A stretch of DNA of 64,000 bases, from IMG/VR virus record IMGVR_UViG_3300044846_003474, positions 32,001-96,000 of that record, one strand, 5' to 3'. Source of the stretch: a virus. Lineage: Duplodnaviria; Caudoviricetes. Shown piece after piece: positions 18,748-28,011 of this stretch. The notes below the pieces were generated by a model that was given only the letters and a program-made list of their open reading frames with translations, was not told the origin of the DNA and ran no database searches. Numbering within the stretch: the first letter of the stretch is position 1; every line of letters starts with the position of its first letter. The position numbers and the translations under genes are program-made.

Positions 18748-20808
18748 ATGATTGAATTTATGGATGAAAACGATAAAGGTAAAAAAAAGACCGATGGGGG
18801 AACACCAGTTTTAGATAACTTTAGTAAGGACTTAAATAAATTGGCAAGTGAAGGAAAATTAGATCCTGTAATTGGTCGTGAAAAGGAAATTTTTAGAATT
18901 GCACAAGTATTATCTCGTAGAAAGAAAAATAACCCAATAATCATTGGTGAGCCAGGTGCGGGTAAAACTGCAATTGTTGAGGGACTTGCAATGATGATAC
19001 ATAATGGTCAATGTCCAAAAAATTTATCAGATAAAAGAATCGTATCTTTAGATATTAACTCTATTGTTGCGGGTACAAAATATAGAGGTCAATTTGAGGA
19101 AAGAATGAAGATTATCATTGAGGAACTTCAAATGGCCCCAAATATCATCATCTTCATTGATGAGATCCACACAATGGTTGGTGCTGGTAATAGTTCAGGT
19201 TCTTTAGACGCATCTAACATATTCAAACCTGCATTATCTCGTGGTGAACTTCAATGTATTGGGGCAACAACTTTAGATGAGTATCGTAGACATTTTGAAA
19301 AAGATGGAGCATTAGAAAGAAGATTCCAAAAAATTGTTATTGATCCATCTACCAAAGAAGAAACCTTTGAAATCCTTAAACAAAGTAAGGGTAAATATGA
19401 AGAACATCACAAAGTTAACTATACTGATGAGGCATTGTTATTATGTGTAGAATTGGCAGATCGTTATATCACAGATCGTGAATTTCCTGATAAGGCGTTT
19501 GATATTTTGGATGAGGTTGGATCAAGAATGCAAATTGACATTAAACTTCCTGAAATTATTGAAAAATTAAAACAGGATGCTCAAGACATTAAAAAAGAAA
19601 AGGTAAATGTCATTAAAAAACAAAACTACGAACAAGCAGCAGAATTACGTGATAAAGAACGTAAAATTTTAACTGATTTGGAAAACGAAAAGAAAAAATT
19701 TGACAATGAACTTAAAACAAGTAAACGTGGTATTCCAGAAGAGATAATTTATGAGGTAGTTTCAAATATGACTAAAATACCTGTAAGTAAGATAAATATT
19801 GATGAGAAAAATTCTTTAGTTAATTTAGAATCAACATTAAACACTAACGTTATTGGTCAAGAAGAAGCCGTTGGTAAAATATCTAAATCAATTAGAAGAA
19901 ATCGTGTTGGAATTAAAGATCCAAATAGACCTATCGGTTCATTCATCTTTTTAGGGTCTACAGGTGTTGGTAAAACATTCTTAGCAAAACAATTAGCAAA
20001 AGAAATATTCGGTAGTGAGGATAATCTTATCCGTGTGGATATGTCCGAATACCAAGAAAAACACACAATATCAAGATTAATTGGATCTCCTCCAGGATAT
20101 GTAGGACACGAAGAAGGTGGACAACTTACAGAACAAGTTAAAAACAAACCTTATTGTGTTATTTTATTTGATGAGATTGAGAAGGCAAATAAAGATATAT
20201 TTTCAACGTTATTACAGATGTTAGATGATGGACATCTAACTGATGGGTTAGGTAGAAAGATCAATTTCAAGAATTGTTTGATTATCATGACATCTAACAT
20301 TGGTGTTAGAAAATTACAAGACTTTGGTACAGGTGTTGGTTTCAAATCAAGTAACTCAAGTGAAGTTGTCCAAGAAGAACAAAAAAGAGATGTTCTTAAA
20401 AAAGAACTTAGTAAATTTTTCGCCCCTGAATTTTTAAATAGAATTGATGATGTTGTTATATTTAACTCTCTAAATAAAGATAACATTGATAAAATTGTAA
20501 AATTAGAAATTGATATTTTAGTTAAAAGACTAAAATCTATGAAGTATAATTTCACATATGAAAATTCAATAATTGATTTAATTTCAAAAGTTGGTTTTGA
20601 TGAGATATTTGGGGCAAGACCAATTAAAAGAGCAATTCAAAATAAAATAGAAGATTTAATATCTGAAAAAATCTTAACAGGTGAAGTTACAGAAAACAAA
20701 GATTATAGGTTATTTGTTAAAACAGAAAATGATGAACAAATAATTGATCTTGAAGAAAAAGTAATAATGGAACCTAAGAAAAAAGTTAGAAAGAAAAAGG
20801 GAGAATAA
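18748..20808 (+). CDS. clpC: ClpC/ClpA-family AAA+ chaperone lacking the N-terminal Clp-repeat domain
   Basis: GEPGAGKT and GSTGVGKT Walker A motifs, FIDEIH and LFDEIEK Walker B motifs, UVR middle domain QNYEQAAELRD, VGF ClpP-docking loop. Confidence 0.9.
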   Translation: MIEFMDENDKGKKKTDGGTPVLDNFSKDLNKLASEGKLDPVIGREKEIFRIAQVLSRRKKNNPIIIGEPGAGKTAIVEGLAMMIHNGQCPKNLSDKRIVSLDINSIVAGTKYRGQFEERMKIIIEELQMAPNIIIFIDEIHTMVGAGNSSGSLDASNIFKPALSRGELQCIGATTLDEYRRHFEKDGALERRFQKIVIDPSTKEETFEILKQSKGKYEEHHKVNYTDEALLLCVELADRYITDREFPDKAFDILDEVGSRMQIDIKLPEIIEKLKQDAQDIKKEKVNVIKKQNYEQAAELRDKERKILTDLENEKKKFDNELKTSKRGIPEEIIYEVVSNMTKIPVSKINIDEKNSLVNLESTLNTNVIGQEEAVGKISKSIRRNRVGIKDPNRPIGSFIFLGSTGVGKTFLAKQLAKEIFGSEDNLIRVDMSEYQEKHTISRLIGSPPGYVGHEEGGQLTEQVKNKPYCVILFDEIEKANKDIFSTLLQMLDDGHLTDGLGRKINFKNCLIIMTSNIGVRKLQDFGTGVGFKSSNSSEVVQEEQKRDVLKKELSKFFAPEFLNRIDDVVIFNSLNKDNIDKIVKLEIDILVKRLKSMKYNFTYENSIIDLISKVGFDEIFGARPIKRAIQNKIEDLISEKILTGEVTENKDYRLFVKTENDEQIIDLEEKVIMEPKKKVRKKKGE

Positions 20809-20821
20809 CCTCCCTTTTTTT
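20794..20821. terminator. bidirectional intrinsic terminator
   Basis: AAAAAGGGAG-aataac-CTCCCTTTTT between convergent genes. Confidence 0.7.
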
Positions 20822-20823
20822 AT

Positions 20824-21609
20824 TTAGTGTTTTTCGTAACCTAATTCCTCAATCATCATCTTACCAACTTTAATTCCATTGTAAGTGTCCTCTACGACCA
20901 CATATTCGTTTCTTGTATGGTAGTTGTAGTATCCAATAGATATATTGAAACACGGGATGTTAAACATAGTTCTAATTGGGTAAATGTCTGTGTAAGGATG
21001 TTTGTGATATTTCGTATCAGATGGAAAGTGTTCTGTAATCAATCGTCCACCAACTTCAAAGAATTTACTATCACGATCAAACATACTTCTTCCCATCAAG
21101 AACTCAGAAATCATATTATTCTCAGGAGCGTCAAATTGAATCCCATAACCAACATTTGTGAAAAACTCAGGATCCGCCTTAAATGAACCTTTACAACCTG
21201 TTTCCTCAGATACAAAAAACGCAGCTTTTAAATTAGGTAGTTCATTCAACAATTCCAAACAACCGTACACACCACATTTATCGTCACCACCAATACCTGT
21301 TGGTTCGTCATTGTCGTTATACGCTTTTAATGATAATTTTACATTGCCCTGAGCGTCAGGTAACATTTCTTCAAATACATTAATTGTATCAATGTTATGT
21401 ACCGTATCGGTATGTGCCATCACACAAGGGAAATATGATACGTTTTCATCGGTTTGTTTTGTTGCATAAATGTTTGACATTTCGTCAACATAAAAGGGAA
21501 TATTGTTTTTGGTCAACCAATTTGTGATAAATTGAACCATTCTTTCTTCCTGATAAGTTTTAGTGGGTACAGATAATACCTCCTTCAATAATTCATAATT
21601 TCGTTCCAT
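20824..21609 (-). CDS. M20/M28/M42-type zinc peptidase
   Basis: AHTDTV, GGDDKCG, SEETGCKGS, QFD and C-terminal H; TATATTTG upstream. Confidence 0.8.
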   Translation of the reverse strand: MERNYELLKEVLSVPTKTYQEERMVQFITNWLTKNNIPFYVDEMSNIYATKQTDENVSYFPCVMAHTDTVHNIDTINVFEEMLPDAQGNVKLSLKAYNDNDEPTGIGGDDKCGVYGCLELLNELPNLKAAFFVSEETGCKGSFKADPEFFTNVGYGIQFDAPENNMISEFLMGRSMFDRDSKFFEVGGRLITEHFPSDTKYHKHPYTDIYPIRTMFNIPCFNISIGYYNYHTRNEYVVVEDTYNGIKVGKMMIEELGYEKH

Positions 21610-21636
21610 AACACAAATATAGACAATTAATTTGAA

Positions 21637-23010
21637 TTATAAAAATTTTTTTCTTACTATTCTTCTTTCATTAAATAATTCTGGTTGATTGTCCAATTGA
21701 TATAAACCATCAACATCCAAAAGTCTTTGATGGTATTTACCGGTCTTATCGTTATGAACGTTAACTAAAACTTTATTAGTTTCAGGTTGGACCTTTAAAA
21801 TTAAAAATTGTAGGTTTGGATCCTTTTCTGTATGTCTCCATTCATACCCATATGTTTTTTCAACATGATCTAACATTTCATTGTAATCATCAATATTAAT
21901 AAAACGATCATCCTCTTGTACTTTTTCTAACATTGAGTCCAAACTTTTTGAATAATACTCTTGCATAACATTATCGTCCCAATCATCACAATTTACCTCA
22001 TACATTAACTCATTCCAATAACCTCTATCTTTCTTATCATAAAGTTTAATTAATTTATTTAATAACTCACTTAACGTAAATTTATCATTTTCAACATCAC
22101 TATACCAATGTAATAATACTCCAACAGTTGTTTCAAATCTATATCCTCTATGTATTTCTTTTATTCCGAATTTATCAAATGGTTTAGCAATCTCACCTAA
22201 GATTATATCTTTAACCACATCATCAATACAATCTTGCCATTTGGATGCGTACTCATAAATTAAATCATCAACAATTCTTCCAAAGTGTTCACTTAAAATA
22301 GCCGCAATACCTCTTTTACTACTAAGTTCAGCTCTATTTCCATAAAATTTGGCAACTTGGATAGCTTTACGTTGGTTTTCAGTGTTAAAATGGTATTCAA
22401 TAAATTCACCCTCTTTCCATCTATCCTCCTCACCATATGTGTCAGTATCACGACCTGAGTAATTACCAACAAACGTTCTATAAGTATATACATCATCAAT
22501 AGACTCAACATTAATGGTGTCTAAAAAAACTTCATCATCTTCAAATTTAATAATAACCTTAGAATTACTTGGGTTCCTTTCATTGAAGTTTATCCCATCA
22601 ATTATTGGATCGTCACCATTATCATTCCATTTAGGGTCATAACCTTTGGAAACCTCTTTTAAAAATTCATATGTTTTACCACCTTTAATCAACGGTGATA
22701 ATATCTTTAATGAAGATAAAAATGCACGTTTTAAATCGTTTACAGTAACAATTTCATTGTTTTTATTAAGGTCTCTAATAACACTACCATCCTTATCATT
22801 AAAAATAGAATATATATTTTTATCCTTTTTACTAATTATAAAATATAGATCACCATTTCTATAGTGACTATTCCAATTATCATTACCATAAAAATCAGTT
22901 CCAAAATATTGGGCAGATTTTAAATTTAATGTTTTAACAACTTTAACGTTCTCATCATCCTGTATTATATCAACATCCTCATCGTATGGGTTATATTTTC
23001 CCTTTTCCAT
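21637..23010 (-). CDS. hypothetical protein
   Basis: 457 aa ORF; TATTTAT motif at 23016-23022. Confidence 0.7.
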   Translation of the reverse strand: MEKGKYNPYDEDVDIIQDDENVKVVKTLNLKSAQYFGTDFYGNDNWNSHYRNGDLYFIISKKDKNIYSIFNDKDGSVIRDLNKNNEIVTVNDLKRAFLSSLKILSPLIKGGKTYEFLKEVSKGYDPKWNDNGDDPIIDGINFNERNPSNSKVIIKFEDDEVFLDTINVESIDDVYTYRTFVGNYSGRDTDTYGEEDRWKEGEFIEYHFNTENQRKAIQVAKFYGNRAELSSKRGIAAILSEHFGRIVDDLIYEYASKWQDCIDDVVKDIILGEIAKPFDKFGIKEIHRGYRFETTVGVLLHWYSDVENDKFTLSELLNKLIKLYDKKDRGYWNELMYEVNCDDWDDNVMQEYYSKSLDSMLEKVQEDDRFINIDDYNEMLDHVEKTYGYEWRHTEKDPNLQFLILKVQPETNKVLVNVHNDKTGKYHQRLLDVDGLYQLDNQPELFNERRIVRKKFL

Positions 23011-23031
23011 ATAAAATAAATATCAAAAAAT

Positions 23032-23062
23032 TTTGATTATTGTAGGTTTACACTTATCTTTG
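23032..23062 (+). promoter_or_regulatory. Bacteroidota sigma-A promoter for tmRNA
   Basis: TTTG-N19-TATCTTTG. Confidence 0.75.
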
Positions 23063-23093
23063 TATTTATAATATAATAAGTTATTTGACATAT

Positions 23094-23503
23094 GGGGGTG
23101 TTTTTGGATTTGACAGGTATTGGCTGAAGACAAAGGGCACGTGGAGACTGAATTAATCTCCTTAAAAACTGATTCACAAAAACAATCGGCGACGTTTTAT
23201 CGAAAATGGAAACTCTTGGTTTACTAAGAGAATCTGAAGTTACTGTAGCCTAAGAGGTTTACGGAAACGGGGGGTCGGTGGACACATAACCTAGCAACAG
23301 AAGTCTTTATGGTGGAATACGATTGAACCATAAATCGAGTCGTCCATTGGTTGTTGATTTACGATGGTGAAGAACAAATCAACTTTGTTTTTGGTCAAAT
23401 TAAAACCAAATATTTTGGGGTATTAGAAAATACCAACCTAAACGTGTAGTCCTTATCTGACAGGATATTATGGACCGGAGTTCGAGCCTCCGCACCTCCA
23501 CCA
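23094..23503 (+). ncRNA. ssrA: tmRNA
   Basis: 5' GGGGGTG..GGATTTGAC; 3' CGGAG-TTCGAGC-CTCCG T-arm then CACCTCC-A-CCA; G3.U70 alanine determinant; tag ORF 23188-23253. Confidence 0.93.
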
Positions 23504-23507
23504 AATG

Positions 23508-23537
23508 TAAACCTCATCTTCGGATGGGGTTTTTTTA
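23508..23537 (+). terminator. intrinsic terminator after tmRNA
   Basis: AAACCTCATC-TTCG-GATGGGGTTT followed by a T tract. Confidence 0.8.
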
Positions 23538-23611
23538 TGTGTTAATATTATATTTTAGTGCATAAAAAAAGGGACTAATTGTCCCTGAATGTCTTATATA
23601 TGTTTTAATAA

Positions 23612-24490
23612 AAAAAACCTGAGATTACAGTTTTCGTAAGTGTCTTTCGAGTCATTATTGGTTCTACTCTTATCCACAGGATTTTGTCCTGTAACACTCA
23701 TTACCGATTGGTTAGACCAATCACTCCTTGACGATACAACTACTCTCTTACTACTCCTGTCTCCCCAAGATTGCGTCCTGGTTCGGTCTTCGACGACCTA
23801 GAGATTTTTCATAAAAATACGGTCAAACTTGCGGTTATCACGTTCCACTGACAGCCAGTGAATAGGTGGGTAACTTCCGTTATATCGTGACGGACACTTT
23901 TGCTTTATAGTTTATAAATGTTACTTCATTAACATTAAAGTTTTTGTGTCGTGGATTGATCAAAGTTGTGGTCCGTCTTAAGCTTCATTATCTTTTGAAT
24001 AACAAAATACCAAACAACTCCGTGAAATGTCCCCATTTCAATATTTCAAGACTACTTCAAGATTAATCTCTTGGTAGAGATTTATCAAGGACAATGTCAG
24101 CACCACCTGTTTGTTGTCATACCTTTCGGTTTTAAGTACCCTATCGTACTGGGATCCGCAATAACAACATTGGAAATATTGATTCTTGCATTATCCCTAC
24201 GAGTTATTCCTATTGGAGTTCCCTCCTCAACAAGATGACCCACATCACCTCGTCATAAAATCACTTTCCCTACACCGTTGGCCTCGGTACTAAAGATCTT
24301 ATGGTATCTCGCCTGTGTACTTGACCTCAATGATCCGAAGATCACTAAGACGCAAACCCGTTACACTTGGGGGTTCACTTTATCCTACTTTCGTAGTTTA
24401 TTTTATGGACTATACACGGCCCAATATCTTTATCAGTTTCACTTTTAAACCCAAAGGTTCTTAACTTAATCCTGAACGGATAATATCTAA
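23612..24490 (-). ncRNA. large structured ncRNA (~870 nt), GOLLD-like candidate
   Basis: No ORF >=60 aa, GC above background, many hairpins including GAAA tetraloops, own promoter (24531-24561) and terminator-like hairpin (23564-23586); ends boundaries approximate. Confidence 0.6.
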
Positions 24491-24530
24491 AATTTCAAAG
24501 AACGTTATCGGACGTTTCCGATTTGTTTTA

Positions 24531-24561
24531 CAAATATAGGACTTTTTTTTAATTTGTCAAA
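24531..24561 (-). promoter_or_regulatory. Bacteroidota sigma-A promoter for the large ncRNA
   Basis: Minus strand TTTG-N19-TATATTTG. Confidence 0.75.
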
Positions 24562-24578
24562 TACTTTGTGAATTTTTT

Positions 24579-24725
24579 TTAATGTTTTTCTATGTATACT
24601 GCTTCCGTACCGTAGTAATACGCTCTTGCTTCAGCAAAAGATGAGTTTGGTGTTGTATATTTCTTACCATTATTATCATAATAGTAGAAAGTATAGTTAA
24701 CCAATACTTGAGTTTCATCACTCAT
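24579..24725 (-). CDS. small hypothetical protein (48 aa, not in track)
   Basis: MSDETQVLVNYTFYYYDNNGKKYTTP...; TTTG-N20-TATCTTTG promoter upstream. Confidence 0.55.
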   Translation of the reverse strand: MSDETQVLVNYTFYYYDNNGKKYTTPNSSFAEARAYYYGTEAVYIEKH

Positions 24726-24818
24726 TTGTGGAGTTTTAAAGGTTAATAAATTAATGAACTTTTTAATTATACCACAAAGATAGTATATTTATTCCGATAA
24801 GACAAATGGGTTTAGTAA

Positions 24819-25685
24819 TTATTTTAATAAATTTTTAATTCGTTGTACGTCTTCTTGTATTTTTGACACTTCTTCTTCTTCTTTAAATATACCTCCAAAG
24901 TTTTTAAAAAAGTCAAGAAAACCACCTTTTTTGGGATTAGTTTTATCATCATCATTAGTGGAAGTATCAGTAGTTGTAGTGGTTACATTGTCTTTTTTGT
25001 CTTCTTTATCTTCTTTATCTTTTTGATCTTTTTGATCTTTTTGATCTTCTTTATCTTTTTGATCAACTGATACGTCTACGTTATCATTACCTCCGGGTAA
25101 TTCGTCTTCAGGTGTGTCCCAATACTTAGTAGCGTATGTCTTACATTTTTTACCTTCAGTTGCCTGTTTATTTGTGGATACCTCTCCATGACCAAACACA
25201 TTTGATAGTGAATACCCTAAACTTTTAATTAATAATAATGCCGTTTTACATTGTTTAATTGTAATATCATCATCGTTTAATCCAATAATTTCAACACCTT
25301 CTGAGCTTGAATTATTTATGTGTCCCATACCTGATTTTTGATGGGCAACATGAGCACCCTTAGATCCTTTTGGTAACGCTTGATATAATTTACCATCTCT
25401 ATCTATAATCCATTGAATTCCTAAAGTAGTACATTTTGAACTACCCTTGTAATGTCTACAATTTAAAATTTTAACAACTTGAGAAGGAGTTCCTTTACCT
25501 GCAGTATGATGTATTAAAAAATATTTAGGACTAAATTGTTTTCCTTTGAATTTTGATTCTCCAGATATATTTGTAATTTGTAAAGAAGACTCATTTAGAT
25601 ATTTAGGTCTATTGGGTACATCAGTGGATGAAAGTTTTTGTTGTAAAACTTTTAAATGTTCTAATAAAATAAAATCATTTTTCAT
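24819..25685 (-). CDS. N-acetylmuramoyl-L-alanine amidase (Amidase_2) with N- and C-terminal extensions
   Basis: IHHTAG, GAHVA, GVEIIG, FGHGEV Zn-amidase motifs; DQK/DKE repeat linker. Confidence 0.8.
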   Translation of the reverse strand: MKNDFILLEHLKVLQQKLSSTDVPNRPKYLNESSLQITNISGESKFKGKQFSPKYFLIHHTAGKGTPSQVVKILNCRHYKGSSKCTTLGIQWIIDRDGKLYQALPKGSKGAHVAHQKSGMGHINNSSSEGVEIIGLNDDDITIKQCKTALLLIKSLGYSLSNVFGHGEVSTNKQATEGKKCKTYATKYWDTPEDELPGGNDNVDVSVDQKDKEDQKDQKDQKDKEDKEDKKDNVTTTTTDTSTNDDDKTNPKKGGFLDFFKNFGGIFKEEEEVSKIQEDVQRIKNLLK

Positions 25686-25704
25686 AAGTAAGTCATTTTT
25701 TATA

Positions 25705-26319
25705 TTATTGTTCTAAGTGTGTCATAAGAACACCACCCAAAGAGGTTGCGTGAACTTGTAGGTGATTAATAGATTCCATGTCCAATTTCTTCTTACGTTT
25801 TGTATAATCCAAACCTAAAGTTCCAATAAACTTATCGTCAATTGTTTTAATTGCAAATAAATAACCTGATTTACATCCTGTGTCTTCAGCGATATATTTT
25901 AACCCAAAAGTTGCAATAGTTTCGTCTTTATAATCTGAAATTTCAATAATGTCATTACTTAATAATTCATTTATTGATTTTGAAAATAAATTAACGGGAA
26001 TATTATGAAAATTACTTTGTACCGATGGTACTCCAGGATGAACCGTTTCATACATTACTGAGAACTTTGCCATTGATTTACCCGTTGGATAGAAATTACC
26101 ACCATTGTGGAATTGGGTTATCCAAACACGATCGGCATCAAATTCTTCCTTTATGTGTTCTATTTTTGTTGTTACCAACTCACTAACACGAAGAGTTTCT
26201 CTAACCATATCTGGTTTTTCTTTTTTCTTATCTAATTTACTTTTTATGTAAAGTAAAAGGATCGGACCTAAAACACCTGTTATAAACGCAATAATAATTC
26301 CTGTCATATTTTCAAACAT
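25705..26319 (-). CDS. single-TM plus GAF-like domain protein (T4 holin T-like architecture)
   Basis: N-terminal TM GIIIAFITGVLGPILLLYI; ADRVWITQFHNG...FIGTLGLDY; directly upstream of the amidase. Confidence 0.55.
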   Translation of the reverse strand: MFENMTGIIIAFITGVLGPILLLYIKSKLDKKKEKPDMVRETLRVSELVTTKIEHIKEEFDADRVWITQFHNGGNFYPTGKSMAKFSVMYETVHPGVPSVQSNFHNIPVNLFSKSINELLSNDIIEISDYKDETIATFGLKYIAEDTGCKSGYLFAIKTIDDKFIGTLGLDYTKRKKKLDMESINHLQVHATSLGGVLMTHLEQ

Positions 26320-26370
26320 ATAATTAATAAATACCCAACAATTTAAAAAAATAACCAAGTATTTATTATT

Positions 26371-27294
26371 ATGAGAAATTTAATCCATGAATGTCTAATT
26401 GAGGAGTTTAGACCTGATCTAATAAAAGAGTGTACAATCGCTGCGGTAAGGTTAGATAATGGTGTTGTTTTAGCGAAAAATAGAGACAGAGGATACAAAT
26501 CAAACGTTGAGGTTATACACGAATTAATAGATGATGTGGAAATTCTTTATTGGAGAGACGTTGACACCGATTGGAGTGAAGGAATGAACGAATATGGTAT
26601 TGGGATTGTTAATTCAAGTCTTATGGTTTCTCAGGACGAAAAAGAAGGTAAAGAAGTGGCAAAAAATAGGAAAGATAAAACCGCAAAAAAAAGACTGTCA
26701 TACGATGGTAATAAAATTAGAAAAGCGTTAACATATAAAACATTACCTAAAGTAATTAAATCAATTGTTGGTTATTCAGGTGAGGATAAGAAAGATGTCG
26801 GTTTAAAAGGAGAAACATTTGTTTCAGATTCAAACAACATATATGTTGTTGAGATGACATCAAAACATTCACCAATAATAAAAAAATTGAAAAAAGAACA
26901 AAAAGTTCTTGTTAGAACAAATCACGGTGTTTACCATAAGGAAGCCGGTTATACAAAAGGTGAGAAAAAAAAATCATCACATTCAAGGATGAATTTAGCA
27001 AAAAAACATTTAAAAGATGTTAAAACACCACAAGAAGTTATTGATAGGTTAAAGGAAAAATATAAAGAGGATCCGTTTTTAAATCCATATAGAACCGATA
27101 ATATGTACCATATGCAAACAACAGGTCAAATTATGATGGATCTTGAAAAAAAAGAAATTGTAATTAGAATGGATAATGAAATGGGGAACTTAGTTGGGAT
27201 CAAGAATAAATTACCTAAAGATTATACTCCCAAATTAAAAGTAAAAATTGAGAACGAAAAAACTCACAATAAAGGTAAAAAATTACCAACATAA
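26371..27294 (+). CDS. Cys-type Ntn hydrolase (C45/C59-like) with 20-aa propeptide
   Basis: CT.......VLAKNRD, EGMNEYGIGI, VRTNH, S..R motifs. Confidence 0.7.
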   Translation: MRNLIHECLIEEFRPDLIKECTIAAVRLDNGVVLAKNRDRGYKSNVEVIHELIDDVEILYWRDVDTDWSEGMNEYGIGIVNSSLMVSQDEKEGKEVAKNRKDKTAKKRLSYDGNKIRKALTYKTLPKVIKSIVGYSGEDKKDVGLKGETFVSDSNNIYVVEMTSKHSPIIKKLKKEQKVLVRTNHGVYHKEAGYTKGEKKKSSHSRMNLAKKHLKDVKTPQEVIDRLKEKYKEDPFLNPYRTDNMYHMQTTGQIMMDLEKKEIVIRMDNEMGNLVGIKNKLPKDYTPKLKVKIENEKTHNKGKKLPT

Positions 27295-27320
27295 AAAAAC
27301 CCACCTTGTGAGTGGGTTTA
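27295..27320. terminator. bidirectional terminator
   Basis: AAACCCAC-cttgtga-GTGGGTTT. Confidence 0.65.
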
Positions 27321-27323
27321 AAT

Positions 27324-28001
27324 TTAAAAATTGTTTACATCTGTACTATTTTCTTCTTCATCTTCTCTTTCTACAGATCCAAGGTTTAAGTCAATAGCTG
27401 GTATCGGAGGAGTTTTAGTGGCAAATGTTGTTTTAGCAAAAGATATTACTTGTAAAGTTGTAAGTGCTATGTTAATCCATTCTTTTACGTTCATTTGGTT
27501 TCCTTTCTTTTCTTCCGCCTTCTGTTTCAGTCCCTGCAATACTAACTGTTGTTGATTTAAAGATTTAAATTTCTCCGTCAACACTTTACATCTTTGTTTA
27601 TTTGCCCTGTCGCCAAATATTTTTAATTTCTGGCATTTCTTGTCTATTTCGTCCGATGTCGTCTGTATATTTTTGACTATTGCTTCAACTTGCATTTTAG
27701 TATTTTCTATTGCCTGTTGTTGTTTAATTGCACTAATATTAGTATTTAGTTCCGATTGAAGCGATTTAATATTCTGTAGTTGTGATTCAAGTTTTGATAA
27801 AATAGTATTATTTTCAGAATTTGAAATCACTGGTGTCGAAATCTCAGGTTCAGGTTCAGGTCCAAGTCCAGGTCCAGATTTTTTAATCGGAACTGGTGTT
27901 GGGTCTGGTGTATTGTATTCAAATAAAAATTCTTTTTTTATTGCATTCCTATGCATCCCCAATATTCTTTCTTTTTCACTTTCGCTAATTATTAAATTCA
28001 T
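27324..28001 (-). CDS. leader-bearing coiled-coil hypothetical protein
   Basis: N-term IISESEKERILGMH...LFE. Confidence 0.65.
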   Translation of the reverse strand: MNLIISESEKERILGMHRNAIKKEFLFEYNTPDPTPVPIKKSGPGLGPEPEPEISTPVISNSENNTILSKLESQLQNIKSLQSELNTNISAIKQQQAIENTKMQVEAIVKNIQTTSDEIDKKCQKLKIFGDRANKQRCKVLTEKFKSLNQQQLVLQGLKQKAEEKKGNQMNVKEWINIALTTLQVISFAKTTFATKTPPIPAIDLNLGSVEREDEEENSTDVNNF

Positions 28002-28011
28002 TTTTATATTA

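Noticed and set aside
23612-24490. Group I/II intron, rRNA fragment or RNase P RNA as the identity of the long non-coding stretch
   Set aside because: No interrupted host gene, it has its own promoter, and I could not find group II domain V, rRNA or RNase P P4 signatures by eye; cmscan is needed to exclude these fully
25000-25065. 9-bp tandem repeats
   Set aside because: Coding low-complexity linker (DQK/DKE) within the amidase
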